Position numbers and translations under genes: made by a program. DNA of 64,000 nt, from NCBI GenBank assembly GCA_963826695.1, contig CAWGXZ010000007.1:81757-145756 (forward strand). Direction: 5' to 3'. Positions 19,811 through 32,770 of the stretch are shown piece after piece; the stretch's first letter is position 1, and each line of letters opens with the position of its first letter. Source of the stretch: an uncultured beta proteobacterium. Lineage in GTDB: Bacteria > Pseudomonadota > Gammaproteobacteria > Burkholderiales > Burkholderiaceae_C. The notes beneath the pieces were generated by a model. The model was not told the origin of the DNA, searched no databases, and saw nothing but the letters and a program-made list of their open reading frames with translations.

Positions 19811-21675
19811 CGCGGCGTCGCGCGCGGCGCACGCCCTCCGGCGATGCGCTCGCCTCCGCGACCGCGGGCAACCACACGCGCAGCAGCCGCGCGCCGCTGC
19901 CGGCGCGCAATGCCCGCCCGCTGCGGGCGCTGCTGCCGTACCTGCGGCCGTACAAGGCGCGCATCGCGCTGGCGGTGCTGTTCCTGGTCGGCGCGGCGCT
20001 CAGCACGCTGGTTTTCCCGCTGGCGCTGAAGTCGCTGATCGACCAGGGCCTGGTCGCGGCCGATCCGGGCGAGCGGCTGCTTGCGCTGCGCGGCCATTTC
20101 ATGGCCCTCTTCGGCGTCGGCGCGGCGCTCGGCGTCTTCTCGGCGCTGCGCTTCTACATGGTCACCTGGCTCGGCGAGCGCGTGACCGCCGACCTGCGCA
20201 ATGCGGTCTACGGGCATGTGGTGCGGCAGAGCCCCGAGTTCTTCGAGACCACGCAGACCGGCGAGGTGCTGTCGCGGCTGACGACCGACACGACGCTGGT
20301 GCAGACCGTCATCGGCTCGAGCCTCAGCATGGGCCTGCGCAACGCGGTGATGTGCCTGGGCGCGATGCTGATGCTGGTGGCCACCAACCCGTATGTCATG
20401 TCGCAGGTTCTCGGCATCCTGCTGCTGGTGGTGCTGCCTTCGATCTACTTCGGTCGCCGTGTGCGCAAGCTCAGCCGCGCGAGCCAGGACCGGGTCGCCG
20501 ACTCGAGTGCCATTGCCGCCGAGGTGCTGAATGCCATCCCGGTGGTGCAAAGCTACGTCCAGGAAGCACGCGAGGCGCGCCGGTTCGATGCGTCGACCGA
20601 GCACGCCTTTGCCGCCGCGGTCAGCCGCACGCGGATGCGCTCGCTGCTGGTCGCCTTCGTCATCACCGCGACCTTCGCCGCGCTGCTCTGGGGGCTGTAC
20701 CAGGGGACGCAGGCGGTGATCCGCGGCGACATCAGTGCCGGCCACCTCGGGCAGACGGTCGTCTACGTGATCATCCTGGTCAGCGGCGTCGCCGTGCTGG
20801 CCGAGGTGTATGGCGACCTGCTGCGGGCGGCGGGCGCCACCGAGCGGCTGATGGAGCTGCTGGCGATGCGCTCGACGGTGGCCAGTCCGCTGCAGCCGGT
20901 CGCCCTGCCCGAAGCGCGCGGCGGCTCGACGGTGACGTTCGAAGCCGTCGGCTTCGCCTATCCGTCGCGGCCCCTGCAGCCGGCGCTGATCCGGTTGTCG
21001 CTGCAGGTCGCGCCGGGCGAGACGGTGGCGCTGGTCGGCCCGAGCGGCGCCGGCAAGAGCACCTTGCTGCAGTTGCTGCTGCGCTTCTACGACGTGCATG
21101 AAGGCCGCATTGCGATCGACGGCGTGGCGGTCGAGGACGTGGCGCTGGACGCGCTGCGCAGCCGCATCGGCATCGTGCCGCAGGAAAGCGTCGTCTTTTC
21201 GGCCGACGCGATGGAGAACATCCGCTACGGTCGGCCACAGGCCAGCGACGAAGAGGTCATCGCCGCCGCGCGCGCCGCGCATGCCGACGGCTTCATCAGC
21301 GCCCTGCCCGAGGGCTACCGCACCTTTCTGGGCGAGCGCGGCGTGCGGCTCTCGGGCGGGCAGCGCCAGCGGATCAGCATCGCCCGGGCGATCCTGAAGA
21401 ACCCGCCGCTGCTGCTGCTCGATGAAGCGACCAGTGCGCTCGATGCCGAGAGCGAACGGATGGTGCAGGCCGCACTCGAGGCCGCCATGCGCAACCGCAC
21501 GACGCTGGTGGTTGCGCACCGGCTGGCGACGGTGCAGCGCGCCGATCGCATCGTGGTCCTGGAAGCGGGCGAGATCGTCGAGATCGGCACCCACGCCGAG
21601 CTCTCGGCGGCCGGCGGGCTCTATTCGCGCCTGGCGCAGCTGCAGTTCGGCCAGACCGCGCCTTCGGCCGCCTGA
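19807..21675 (+). CDS. ABC exporter, fused permease/ATPase (MsbA/ATM1-like half transporter)
   Basis: Six-TM exporter domain followed by GPSGAGKST (Walker A), [14 protein letters not shown] (signature) and [12 protein letters not shown] (Walker B). The GTG start overlaps the ilvD stop (GTGA). Confidence 0.85.
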   Translation: MTRRRARRTPSGDALASATAGNHTRSSRAPLPARNARPLRALLPYLRPYKARIALAVLFLVGAALSTLVFPLALKSLIDQGLVAADPGERLLALRGHFMALFGVGAALGVFSALRFYMVTWLGERVTADLRNAVYGHVVRQSPEFFETTQTGEVLSRLTTDTTLVQTVIGSSLSMGLRNAVMCLGAMLMLVATNPYVMSQVLGILLLVVLPSIYFGRRVRKLSRASQDRVADSSAIAAEVLNAIPVVQSYVQEAREARRFDASTEHAFAAAVSRTRMRSLLVAFVITATFAALLWGLYQGTQAVIRGDISAGHLGQTVVYVIILVSGVAVLAEVYGDLLRAAGATERLMELLAMRSTVASPLQPVALPEARGGSTVTFEAVGFAYPSRPLQPALIRLSLQVAPGETVALVGPSGAGKSTLLQLLLRFYDVHEGRIAIDGVAVEDVALDALRSRIGIVPQESVVFSADAMENIRYGRPQASDEEVIAAARAAHADGFISALPEGYRTFLGERGVRLSGGQRQRISIARAILKNPPLLLLDEATSALDAESERMVQAALEAAMRNRTTLVVAHRLATVQRADRIVVLEAGEIVEIGTHAELSAAGGLYSRLAQLQFGQTAPSAA

Positions 21676-21829
21676 GCGCAGCGCGCCGTAGGCTCCGGCC
21701 CACAGCCGGCGGGTGTGCCCGCCGACAGACAGTGCGCCGCGGCTTGCACAGACTCGCGAGCCTTGCGGACCCGTCCACCCGGGACGGTGTCGGCGCGTTA
21801 TTCAATTTCCAAACCTTGCAGGACCCATC

Positions 21830-22489
21830 ATGAACCGAACCTCATTCCACCGCCTTTCCACCTGCACCGTGGCCGCAGCCGCGGTGTTGCTCACCGCGTG
21901 TGCGGAAATGACCCCGACGCAGCGCGGCACCGCGCAAGGCGCCGGGATCGGCGCAATCGGTGGCGCACTGATCGGCCGCGCAACCGGCCACAACAACGCG
22001 GCGCGCGGCGCGGCGATCGGCGCGGCAGCGGGCGCGATCGCCGGCAATGTCTGGTCCAAGCGGATGGAAGATCGCCGCGTCGCCATGGAACAGGCGACGG
22101 CCGGCACCGGTGTGCAGGTCAGCCGCACCAGCGACAACCAGCTCAAGCTGAACATTCCGAACGACATCTCGTTCGACACCGGCAGCGCTGCCATCAAGCC
22201 GCAGATGCGCAACGTGCTCGATCCGTTCGCCAACAGCCTGCGCGACGATCCGAACACCCGCATCGAGGTCATCGGCCACACCGACAGCACCGGTTCGCCG
22301 TCGATCAACCAGCCGCTGTCGGTCGATCGGGCGCAGAGCGTTCGCGACTACCTGGCTTCGCGCGGTGTCTCGCCGATGCGCATCAGCACCGCCGGCCGCG
22401 GCGAGCGTGAGCCGGTTGCCGACAACGCCACCGAGTCGGGCCGCGCGCGCAACCGGCGTGTCGAAGTCCTGCTGCGCGAGCAGGGCTGA
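21830..22489 (+). CDS. OmpA-family lipoprotein with an N-terminal glycine zipper
   Basis: MNRTSFHRLSTCTVAAAAVLLTAC is a lipobox signal peptide. GAGIGAIGGALIG...AAIGAAAGAIAG is a Gly zipper. The OmpA_C domain shows NIPNDISFDTGSAAIKP...VIGHTDSTGS...NRRVEV. Confidence 0.85.
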   Translation: MNRTSFHRLSTCTVAAAAVLLTACAEMTPTQRGTAQGAGIGAIGGALIGRATGHNNAARGAAIGAAAGAIAGNVWSKRMEDRRVAMEQATAGTGVQVSRTSDNQLKLNIPNDISFDTGSAAIKPQMRNVLDPFANSLRDDPNTRIEVIGHTDSTGSPSINQPLSVDRAQSVRDYLASRGVSPMRISTAGRGEREPVADNATESGRARNRRVEVLLREQG

Positions 22490-22519
22490 TTTCCTGAACC
22501 GGGCTGCGGGCAGCCCGGC

Positions 22520-22987
22520 CTAACGCAGCGCCAGCACCACCTCGGGTGGCGCCTGCACCAGTTCGATCAGCACCCCCTCGCCGCAGATCGGAAACTGCTC
22601 GCTGGCCTTGGGGTGCAGGAAGCAGATGTCGTGACCGGCCGCGCCCTTGCGGATACCGCCCGGCGCGAAGCGCACCCCGTTGGCGGAAAGCCACTCCACC
22701 GCGGCCGGCAGGTCATCGATCCAGAGGCCGACATGGTTGAGCGGCGTGGCATGCACCGCCGGCTTGGCGTCGGCATCGATCGGCTGCATCAGGTCGACTT
22801 CGACGCGGTACGCGCCGGTGCCGATGGCGCAGATGTCCTCGTCGACGTTCTCTCGCTCGGAACGGAACTGCCCGGTGACCTCGAGACCGAGCTGCTCGAC
22901 CCAGAGTTCGCGCAAACGCTGCTTGCTCGCGCCGCCGATTGCCACCTGCTGGATGCCGAGTACCTTGAACGGCCGCGTTGTCGTCAT
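22520..22987 (-). CDS. Methylmalonyl-CoA epimerase (VOC/glyoxalase fold)
   Basis: The VOC fold is visible ([10 protein letters not shown]...[10 protein letters not shown]...ICFLHPKA...LIELVQ). It is the last gene of the pcc/mutase operon. The epimerase assignment rests partly on that context. Confidence 0.7.
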   Translation of the reverse strand: MTTTRPFKVLGIQQVAIGGASKQRLRELWVEQLGLEVTGQFRSERENVDEDICAIGTGAYRVEVDLMQPIDADAKPAVHATPLNHVGLWIDDLPAAVEWLSANGVRFAPGGIRKGAAGHDICFLHPKASEQFPICGEGVLIELVQAPPEVVLALR

Positions 22988-23013
22988 GGAGCTTTCCGTG
23001 GGCTGGGGGCGGT

Positions 23014-25044
23014 TTACTGGAAGCGAACGATCACCTGGTCGACGGCCAGCGTTTCGCCTCGGCCGGCGAGGACTTCGGCGACGACCCCGTCGTTGACCGC
23101 CAGCAGCACGTTTTCCATCTTCATGGCCTCGATCACCGCGATCTTCTCGCCGGTGCGGACCGCCTGCCCCGGCTGCACGGCCACCTCGACCAGCAGGCCG
23201 GGCATCGGCGAGAGCAGGAATTTCGAGAGGTCTTCCTTCGCCTTGACCGGCATCAACGCGTACAGCTCGGCCGTGCGCGGCCGCATCACCTTGGCGTCGA
23301 TCTGGGCCCCCTGGTGCCGAACCCGGAAGTCGAGGCCGAGTCGCTCGACCTGGGCGAAGAAGGCCTCGCCGTTCGCACGGCCCTCGATGGCGATGTCGCG
23401 CAGGTCGGAGTGGATCTCGATTCCCCAGTGGCGTCCGCCGGCGTCGACATCGAAGGCATTGCCGGCGGCGGTCACGGTCACCGGCGTGTGCTCGCGCTCG
23501 CCTGCATGGCCGCCGGTGACGACGACGAAGCGCTCGCCGACGGCGAGCTCGTGACCGGGCAACTGGCCGCTGATGCGCGTGGCGCGCGTCAGCAGAATCC
23601 GGTTGGCAACCGCGGCCAGGGCGCAGAGGAACGCCCGCTCGTCGGGCACCGGCGGCTCTGCGCCGAGACCGGCGGGGTATTCCTCGGCAATGAAGCCGGT
23701 GTCGAAGTCGCCGGCGGCGAATCGCGGATGCGCCAGCAGCGCGGCCTGGAAGGGAATGTTCGAGCTGACGCCGCGGATCACGAAGGCGTCGAGCGCCTGG
23801 CGCATCTGCGCGATGGCGTCATCGCGGTCGCCGCCGTGGACGATCAGCTTGGCGATCATCGAGTCGTAGGTGATGGGAATCTCGCCACCCTCGTAGACGC
23901 CGCTGTCGACGCGAACGCCGCCGACCGGCCCGTCGAGCTCGGCGGCCCGCCAGTCCTCGCGCGGCGGCCGGTACCTGACCAGCCGACCCGTCGACGGCAG
24001 GAAGCCGCGCACCGGGTCTTCGGCATTGATGCGGCACTCGATCGCCCAGCCGTTGCGCCGGACGTCCGCCTGGGCGAAGGACAGGGCTTCGCCAGCGGCC
24101 ACCCGGATCATCTGCTCGACCAGGTCCAGGCCGGTGATCGCCTCCGTCACCGGATGCTCGACCTGCAGCCGGGTGTTCATCTCGAGGAAATAGAAGCGCT
24201 TGTCCTTGCCGACGACGAACTCGACCGTCCCGGCCGACTGGTAGTCGACCGCCCGGGCCAGTGCCACCGCCTGCTCGCCCATCGCGCGCCGCGTCTCCTC
24301 GTCGAGAAAGGCGCTCGGCGCCTCCTCGATCACCTTCTGGTGGCGCCGCTGGATCGAGCACTCGCGCTCCCACAGGTAGAGCGTGTTGCCGTGTGCATCG
24401 CCGAGCACCTGGATCTCGATGTGCCTCGGCTGCTCGACGAACTTCTCGATGAAGACGCGGTCGTCGCCGAAGCTGGTGCGCGCCTCGTTGCGGCAGGCGG
24501 TAAAGCCTTCGAATGCCTGGTGGTCGTCGTGGGCGACGCGCAAGCCCTTGCCGCCGCCGCCCGCCGACGCCTTGATCATCACCGGGTAGCCGATGTCGGT
24601 GGCAATCTGCACCGCCTGCTCGGGGGTTTCGATGGCCGCGTTCCAACCGGGGATGGTGTTGACCTTCGCCGCCGCAGCCAGCTTCTTCGAGGCGATCTTG
24701 TCGCCCATGGCGGCGATCGATGCGTGCTTCGGCCCGATGAAGACGAAGCCCTCGACTTCCACCTGCCTGGCGAACTCGGCGTTTTCGGACAGAAACCCGT
24801 ACCCGGGGTGGATCGCCTGGGCGCCGGTCTGCCGTGCCGCCGCAATGATCTTCGCGCCGACGAGGTACGACTCGCGCGAAGGGGCCGGACCGATCGGCAC
24901 GGCCTCGTCGGCCAGCGTGACGTGCCGGGCGTCGCGGTCGGCCTCGGAATAGACGGCAACCGTCGCGATCCCCATCCGCCGTGCCGTCTTGATGATCCGG
25001 CAGGCGATCTCGCCTCGGTTCGCAATCAGGATCTTGTTGAACAT
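23014..25044 (-). CDS. pccA: Propionyl-CoA carboxylase alpha subunit (biotin carboxylase plus BCCP)
   Basis: [26 protein letters not shown]...[15 protein letters not shown]...C-terminal IEAMKMEN biotinylation motif. Length is 676 aa. Confidence 0.88.
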   Translation of the reverse strand: MFNKILIANRGEIACRIIKTARRMGIATVAVYSEADRDARHVTLADEAVPIGPAPSRESYLVGAKIIAAARQTGAQAIHPGYGFLSENAEFARQVEVEGFVFIGPKHASIAAMGDKIASKKLAAAAKVNTIPGWNAAIETPEQAVQIATDIGYPVMIKASAGGGGKGLRVAHDDHQAFEGFTACRNEARTSFGDDRVFIEKFVEQPRHIEIQVLGDAHGNTLYLWERECSIQRRHQKVIEEAPSAFLDEETRRAMGEQAVALARAVDYQSAGTVEFVVGKDKRFYFLEMNTRLQVEHPVTEAITGLDLVEQMIRVAAGEALSFAQADVRRNGWAIECRINAEDPVRGFLPSTGRLVRYRPPREDWRAAELDGPVGGVRVDSGVYEGGEIPITYDSMIAKLIVHGGDRDDAIAQMRQALDAFVIRGVSSNIPFQAALLAHPRFAAGDFDTGFIAEEYPAGLGAEPPVPDERAFLCALAAVANRILLTRATRISGQLPGHELAVGERFVVVTGGHAGEREHTPVTVTAAGNAFDVDAGGRHWGIEIHSDLRDIAIEGRANGEAFFAQVERLGLDFRVRHQGAQIDAKVMRPRTAELYALMPVKAKEDLSKFLLSPMPGLLVEVAVQPGQAVRTGEKIAVIEAMKMENVLLAVNDGVVAEVLAGRGETLAVDQVIVRFQ

Positions 25045-25051
25045 GGGGCGC

Positions 25052-26567
<1,516 letters not shown>

Positions 26568-26584
<17 letters not shown>

Positions 26585-27662
26585 GGGGCTCCTCGTTCGA
26601 ATGCGTCAGTGCCGCCTCGTAGCGGGCGAGCAGCGCGCGCGCCGCGGCCGACGGCGCGGCCCGGGACTCGGCGACGTCGCGGCGCGCAGCGGACAGCGCC
26701 TCGCGGACGGCGGGATGGTGGTGGAAACGCGCCTGCAGCCCGCAAGCGATCAGCTCCGACAGCCAGGCGAGCGCCTGCTCGCGGCGCCGGGCGTCGAACT
26801 CGCCGCTTGCCCGCCGGCGGCGATGGAACTCCTCGACCTGCTGCCAGAACGATTCGAGCCCGTCCGGCTCGCGCGAGGCCATCGACGCGTCGCAGGCGCC
26901 GGCCCGGAAACGGCCTGCCGTCGCCTCGAGCGCACTCAACTGCAGCACCCGCGGCTGCCAGCGGTCGGCGCTGCGCTCGGGGTTGCCGTGAAAGCCGAAA
27001 ACGCGCAATGCGCTGGTGATCTGTGCCTCGGCGCGCGTGGCCGCGTCGCGGTCGATATCGGCCTTGTTGATGATGACGAGGTCGGCAATCTCCATCACGC
27101 CCTTCTTGATCGCCTGCAGGTCGTCGCCGGCGTTCGGCAGCTGCATCAGGACGAACAGGTCGGTCATGCCCGCCACCGCGGTCTCGCTCTGGCCGACTCC
27201 GACGGTTTCGACGATCACCACGTCGTAGCCGGCGGCCTCGCAGACGAGCATCGCCTCGCGCGTCTTCTCGGCAACCCCGCCGAGCGTTCCGGAAGCCGGG
27301 CTGGGACGGATGAAGGCTGCCGGCTCGACCGAGAGCCGCTCCATGCGTGTCTTGTCGCCGAGGATCGACCCGCCGGAGCGCGACGACGACGGGTCGATCG
27401 CGAGGACCGCGACCCGGTGCCCGCGGCCGATCAGCATCAGGCCGAGCGCCTCGATGAAAGTCGATTTGCCGACCCCCGGGACGCCGGAGATGCCGAGTCG
27501 AATGGCCTTGCCGGTCGACGGCAGCAACTCGTTGAGCAGCGCGTCGGCACGAATCCGGTGGTCGGCACGCGTCGATTCGAGGAGCGTGATCGCCTTGGCA
27601 ATGGCGCGCCGTTCGCCGCGCCGCAGCGCGTCCGACAGCGTCCGGTCGGCGGCGTGGGTCAA
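26568..27662 (-). CDS. meaB: Methylmalonyl-CoA mutase-associated G-protein chaperone
   Basis: [11 protein letters not shown]...[18 protein letters not shown] (P-loop)...[20 protein letters not shown]...INKADID. I chose TTG at 27662, which overlaps the mutase TGA (TTGA). The track ORF is over-extended upstream. Confidence 0.85.
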
Positions 27663-29821
27663 GCGCGCAACGCCTTCCTGATCTGCTCGAGCACGTCCTT
27701 GGCGCTCGCCGGAATCGGCGTTCCCGGTCCGTAGATGCCCTTCACGCCGGCCTCGAACAGGAAGTCGTAGTCGCGCCGCGGAATCACCCCGCCGACGAAG
27801 ACGATGATGTCGTCTGCGCCTTGCGCCTTCAGCGAGTCGATGATCGCCGGCACCAGCGTCTTGTGTCCCGCCGCAAGGGTGCTGACCCCGACCGCGTGGA
27901 CGTCGTTCTCGATCGCTTGCCGCGCGCACTCCTCGGCGGTCTGGAACAGCGGCCCGATGTCGACGTCGAAGCCGAGATCAGCGAACGCCGTCGCCACGAC
28001 CTTGGCGCCGCGGTCGTGCCCGTCCTGGCCGAGCTTGGCGATCATCACCCGGGGCCGGCGGCCTTGGTCTTCGGCGAAGCGGGCGATCTCGTGGCGGAGC
28101 CGGTCCCAGCCCTCGGCGCTGTCGTAGGCCGCGGCGTAGACGCCGCTCACCTGCTGCGTGTCGGCGCGGTGCCGGCCCCAGACCGCCTCGAGCGCATCGC
28201 TGACCTCGCCGACGGTCGCGCGCAGCCGCATCGCGGCGATGGCGAGCGCGAGCAGGTTGCCCTCGCCGGTCTCGGCGCACGCCGTCAAGGTGTCGAGTGC
28301 TTCCTGCACCGCCGCGCCGTCTCGCTCGGCGCGCAGACGCTGCAGCCGGGCGATCTGGTTGTCGCGAACCGCAACGTTGTCGATGTCGAGCGTCTCGATC
28401 GCGTCTTCCTCGGCGAGCCGGTACTTGTTGACGCCGACGATCACGTCCTTGCCCGAGTCGATGCGCGCCTGCTTCTCGGCGGCGCTGGCCTCGATCTTCA
28501 GCTTGGCCCAGCCGCTTTCGACGGCGTGCGTCATCCCACCCAGCGCGTCGACTTCCTCGATGATCTTCCAGGCGGCATCGGCCATCTCCTGGGTCAGCGA
28601 CTCCATCAGGTAGCTGCCGCCCCACGGGTCGACCACGCTCGTGATGTGCGTCTCCTCCTGGATGATCAGCTGCGTGTTGCGCGCGACGCGCGAGCTGAAT
28701 TCGCTCGGCAGCGCGATCGCCTCGTCGAGCGCGTTGGTGTGCAGGCTCTGCGTTCCGCCGAAGACCGCGGCCATCGCCTCGATCGTCGTGCGAACGACGT
28801 TGTTGTACGGGTCGTGCTCGGCCAGGCTCCAGCCCGAGGTCTGGCAATGGGTGCGCAGCATCAGGCTCTTCGGGTTCTTCGGCGCGAAGCCTTTCATGAT
28901 GCGGTGCCACAGCAGCCGCGCCGCGCGCATCTTGGCGATCTCGAGGTAGAAGTTCATCCCGATGCCCCAGAAGAAGCTGAGGCGGCCGGCGAAATCGTCG
29001 ACGTCGAGCCCTTGCGCCAGGGCGGTCTTGACGTACTCCTTGCCGTCGGCGAGCGTGAAGGCCAGTTCGAGCGCCTGGGTGGCACCCGCTTCCTGCATGT
29101 GATAGCCGGAGATCGAGATCGAGTTGAACCGCGGCATGTGCCGGGCGGTGTGGGCAATGATGTCGCCGACGATCCGCATGCTCGGTGCAGGCGGATAGAT
29201 GTAGGTGTTGCGGACCATGAACTCCTTGAGGATGTCGTTCTGGATGGTCCCCGAGAGCTGGTCCTGCGCCACGCCCTGCTCCTCGGCCGCGACGATGTAG
29301 CCGGCAAGCACCGGCAGCACCGCGCCGTTCATCGTCATCGAAACCGACACCTTGTCGAGCGGAATGCCGTCGAAAAGGATCTTCATGTCCTCGACGCTGT
29401 CGATCGCCACGCCGGCCTTGCCGACATCACCGGTGACTCTCGCGTGGTCGCTGTCGTAGCCGCGGTGCGTCGCCAGGTCGAAGGCGACGCTGACACCCTG
29501 CCCTCCCGCGGCCAGCGCCTTGCGATAGAAGGCGTTCGACGCCTCGGCGGTGGAGAAGCCGGCGTACTGCCGGATCGTCCACGGCCGCACGGTGTACATC
29601 GTCGGCTGCGGCCCGCGGAGATAGGGCGGAAAGCCGGGCAACGTGTCGGCATGGGGCAGCCCGGACACGTCGGCCGCCGTGTAGAGCGGCTTGACAGCCA
29701 GCCCCTCGGGGGTGTGCCATTCGAGCGCGGACAGGTCGCTGCCAGGCGCATGGCGCGCAGCCACCTTGCGCCAGGCGTCGGTCGAACCCGAATTCAGGAA
29801 ACCATCGTTGTCGTCAGCCAT
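27659..29821 (-). CDS. Methylmalonyl-CoA mutase, single-chain B12-dependent type
   Basis: [33 protein letters not shown]...C-terminal B12 domain with [14 protein letters not shown] (DxHxxG). Length is 720 aa. Confidence 0.92.
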   Translation of the reverse strand: MADDNDGFLNSGSTDAWRKVAARHAPGSDLSALEWHTPEGLAVKPLYTAADVSGLPHADTLPGFPPYLRGPQPTMYTVRPWTIRQYAGFSTAEASNAFYRKALAAGGQGVSVAFDLATHRGYDSDHARVTGDVGKAGVAIDSVEDMKILFDGIPLDKVSVSMTMNGAVLPVLAGYIVAAEEQGVAQDQLSGTIQNDILKEFMVRNTYIYPPAPSMRIVGDIIAHTARHMPRFNSISISGYHMQEAGATQALELAFTLADGKEYVKTALAQGLDVDDFAGRLSFFWGIGMNFYLEIAKMRAARLLWHRIMKGFAPKNPKSLMLRTHCQTSGWSLAEHDPYNNVVRTTIEAMAAVFGGTQSLHTNALDEAIALPSEFSSRVARNTQLIIQEETHITSVVDPWGGSYLMESLTQEMADAAWKIIEEVDALGGMTHAVESGWAKLKIEASAAEKQARIDSGKDVIVGVNKYRLAEEDAIETLDIDNVAVRDNQIARLQRLRAERDGAAVQEALDTLTACAETGEGNLLALAIAAMRLRATVGEVSDALEAVWGRHRADTQQVSGVYAAAYDSAEGWDRLRHEIARFAEDQGRRPRVMIAKLGQDGHDRGAKVVATAFADLGFDVDIGPLFQTAEECARQAIENDVHAVGVSTLAAGHKTLVPAIIDSLKAQGADDIIVFVGGVIPRRDYDFLFEAGVKGIYGPGTPIPASAKDVLEQIRKALRA

Positions 29822-29954
29822 CGAGTCCTCGCTGCGGCCGCACTGCCACGGCGACCCGGCGCCGATTCTGGCTCAGTGCCTGCATCGGCCACCCGGACAC
29901 GGCCGGCGCGCCGTGCAGCGCACGGCAAGCCGAGGAACGGAAGTCGAGCCGGGT

Positions 29955-32636
29955 TCAGAGCGTCCAGGGGTCGGCGGCCTCCGCGTCGATCCGGTAGTCG
30001 GCGATCGCCTGCTCGCACACCGCCGGGTCGCCGAGCGCCGTCAACGCCGCGAGCACGATGTGCTGCCGATCGACCTCGAAGAAACGCCGCAGCGCCTGCC
30101 GCGTGTCGCTGCGGCCGAAGCCGTCGGTGCCGAGCACGGTCAGTTGCGCATCCAGATGCCCGCCGATGCGCTGCGGCCAGGCGCGGACATAGTCGCTTGC
30201 CGCGATCACCGGTACGGGGCCCCCCAGGCAGGTGCGCAAATGGCTTTCGCGCTTCGCTTTTTTCGGATGCAGCCGGTTCCAGCGCTCGGCCGCTTCGGCG
30301 TCGCGCGCCAGTTCGCTGAAGCTGGTGGCGCTCCAGACCTCGGCCTCGACGCCCCAGTCGGTCGCAAGCAGATCGGCCGCAGCGATCACCTCGCGCAGGA
30401 TCGCCCCCGATCCGACCAGTCGCACCCGGCCCCGCGGCTTCTGCGCTCGAGCCAGCGAGTAGCGGTACAGGCCCTTGACGATGTCCGCCGCGACGCCGTC
30501 GGGCAGCGTCGGCTGGGCGTAGTTCTCGTTCATCAGGGTGACGTAGTAGAAGACGTCTTCCTGATCCTCGAGCATCCGCCGCATGCCATGGTCGAGGATG
30601 ACCGCGAATTCGTCGGCGAAGCAAGGATCGTAGACGCGGCAGTTCGGCACCGTCGCGGCCTGTACCAGGCTGCTGCCGTCCTGGTGCTGCAGGCCCTCGC
30701 CGCCGAGCGTCGTGCGCCCGGCGGTGGCACCGAGCAGAAAGCCGCGGGCACGCTGGTCGGCAGCGGCCCAGATCAAATCGCCGACCCGCTGAAAGCCGAA
30801 CATCGAGTAGTAGATGTAGAACGGCAGCATCGCCAGGCCGTGCACCGAGTAACTGGTGGCCGCCGCGGTCCATGAGCTGATCGCGCCGGCTTCGCTGATG
30901 CCCTCCTCCAGGATCTGACCGTCGAGCGCTTCGCGGTAGCTGAGCACCGAGCCGATGTCCTCGGGCTCGTAACGCTGTCCGGCACTCGAATAGATGCCGA
31001 CCTGCTTGAACAGGTTGGCCATGCCGAAGGTACGCGCCTCGTCGGCGACGATCGGCACGATGCGCGGGCCGAGCTGCGGGTCCTTGAGCAGGTTGCCGAG
31101 CATGCGCACGAAGGCCATCGTCGTGCTCATCTCCTTGCCGGCGGCGTTGACCGCGAAGTCGCCGTAGCGCGCCAGCGGCGGCACGGCAACCGGCGCCGCG
31201 TGCGTCGATCGCGCCGGCAGCGGCCCGCCCAGTGCACCGCGGCGTTCGCGCAGGTAGCGCATTTCGGCGCTGTCGTCGGCGGGTTTGTGGAAGGCGAGCG
31301 TCTCCGCCTCTTCGTCGGTCAACGGCAGCGCAAAGCGGTTGCGAAAGGCAATCAGGTCCTCGCGCTCGAGCTTCTTCTGCTGGTGCGTGGTCATCCGGCC
31401 CTGCCCGGCCTGGCCCATGCCGTAGCCCTTCTTGGTCTGCGCCAGCACCACCACCGGCTGGCCGGTGGTGTGCAGGGCCTCGCGGTAGGCGGCGTGGATC
31501 TTCACCAGGTCGTGGCCACCGCGTTTCAGCTGGTCGATCTGCGTGTCGGTGAGGCCTTGCGCCAGTGCGGCGAGCTGCTCGCTCTGGCCGAAGAAATGGT
31601 CGCGGTTGTAGCGACCATCCTTCGCCGCGAAGGTCTGGAACTGTCCGTCGACCGTGTTGGCGAATGCCTGGCGCAGCGCGCCTTCGCGATCGCGCGCGAA
31701 AAGTCCGTCCCAGTCGGATCCCCAGACCAGCTTGATGACACGCCAGCCGGCGCCGCTGAACAGCGTTTCCAGCTCGTCGATGATCCGCCCGTTGCTGCGC
31801 ACCGGGCCGTCGAGACGCTGCAGATTGCAGTTGACCACCCAGACCAGGTTGTCGAGCCCCTCGCGCGCGGCCAGCGTCAGCGCGCTCATGCTTTCCGGCT
31901 CGTCCATCTCGCCATCGCCGAAGACGCCCCAGACGCGGCGCGCGGCGGTATCGGCCAGCCCGCGGTGCTGCAGGTAGCGCATGAAGCGGGCGTGGTAGAT
32001 CGAACTGATCGGCCCCAGCCCCATCGAGCCGGTCGGGAACTGCCAGAAATCCGGCATCAGCCAGGGGTGCGGATAGCTGCACAGGCCGCGTGCGCCGCTG
32101 CCCGACGCGCCGATCTCCTGCCGGTAGTGGCCGAGATCGGCCTCGCCGAGGCGTCCCTCGAGGTAGGCGCGCGCATAGACGCCGGGCGCCGAATGGGCCT
32201 GGAAGAAGACCAGGTCGCCGCCCCGGTCGGCGCGGAAGAAGTGGTTGAAGCCGACCTCGAACAGGTCCGCGGCACTGGCGTAACTGGCGATATGGCCGCC
32301 GAGTTCGCCGTACAGGCGGTTGGCACGAACCACCAGCGCCAGTGCATTCCAGCGCATCAGCGACGCCAGGCGCTCCTCGACCGCCAAGTCGCCCGGAAAG
32401 ACCTGCTGGCGCTCGACCGCGACCGTGTTGACGTACGGCGTGCCGCGAGGCGGCTGCCAGTCGAGCGAATGTTCGGCGCTGACCTGCGCCAGCATGTCCA
32501 GCAGGACCTTTGCGCGCTCGGGCCCGTGCTCGGCGAGCACCGCCAGCAGGGCATCGCGCCACTCGGCACTCTCCTGCGGATCGTCGTCGTTCGCGGCGGG
32601 CCGTGCGAGTCGGGACTGGAAGTAGTGGTCGTTCAT
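29955..32636 (-). CDS. aceE: Pyruvate dehydrogenase E1 component, homodimeric type
   Basis: DDDPQESAEWRDAL...GGHIASYASAADLFEVGFNHFFRA...FGDGEMDEPES. I prefer ATG 32636 (MNDHYF) over the TTG at 32702 used by the track. Confidence 0.88.
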   Translation of the reverse strand: MNDHYFQSRLARPAANDDDPQESAEWRDALLAVLAEHGPERAKVLLDMLAQVSAEHSLDWQPPRGTPYVNTVAVERQQVFPGDLAVEERLASLMRWNALALVVRANRLYGELGGHIASYASAADLFEVGFNHFFRADRGGDLVFFQAHSAPGVYARAYLEGRLGEADLGHYRQEIGASGSGARGLCSYPHPWLMPDFWQFPTGSMGLGPISSIYHARFMRYLQHRGLADTAARRVWGVFGDGEMDEPESMSALTLAAREGLDNLVWVVNCNLQRLDGPVRSNGRIIDELETLFSGAGWRVIKLVWGSDWDGLFARDREGALRQAFANTVDGQFQTFAAKDGRYNRDHFFGQSEQLAALAQGLTDTQIDQLKRGGHDLVKIHAAYREALHTTGQPVVVLAQTKKGYGMGQAGQGRMTTHQQKKLEREDLIAFRNRFALPLTDEEAETLAFHKPADDSAEMRYLRERRGALGGPLPARSTHAAPVAVPPLARYGDFAVNAAGKEMSTTMAFVRMLGNLLKDPQLGPRIVPIVADEARTFGMANLFKQVGIYSSAGQRYEPEDIGSVLSYREALDGQILEEGISEAGAISSWTAAATSYSVHGLAMLPFYIYYSMFGFQRVGDLIWAAADQRARGFLLGATAGRTTLGGEGLQHQDGSSLVQAATVPNCRVYDPCFADEFAVILDHGMRRMLEDQEDVFYYVTLMNENYAQPTLPDGVAADIVKGLYRYSLARAQKPRGRVRLVGSGAILREVIAAADLLATDWGVEAEVWSATSFSELARDAEAAERWNRLHPKKAKRESHLRTCLGGPVPVIAASDYVRAWPQRIGGHLDAQLTVLGTDGFGRSDTRQALRRFFEVDRQHIVLAALTALGDPAVCEQAIADYRIDAEAADPWTL

Positions 32637-32770
32637 GACAGAAGGCGGGAAGAACAGGGGCGTGCGGATCGGAACCGCGGCGGTCGCCTGCGCCTGCGGC
32701 AACTGCCGCGCCGAGCGGTTGCCGGGCAGGAGGGTGCGGCGAGAATGGTGATTTTGTCGCTTCGCCCGCC

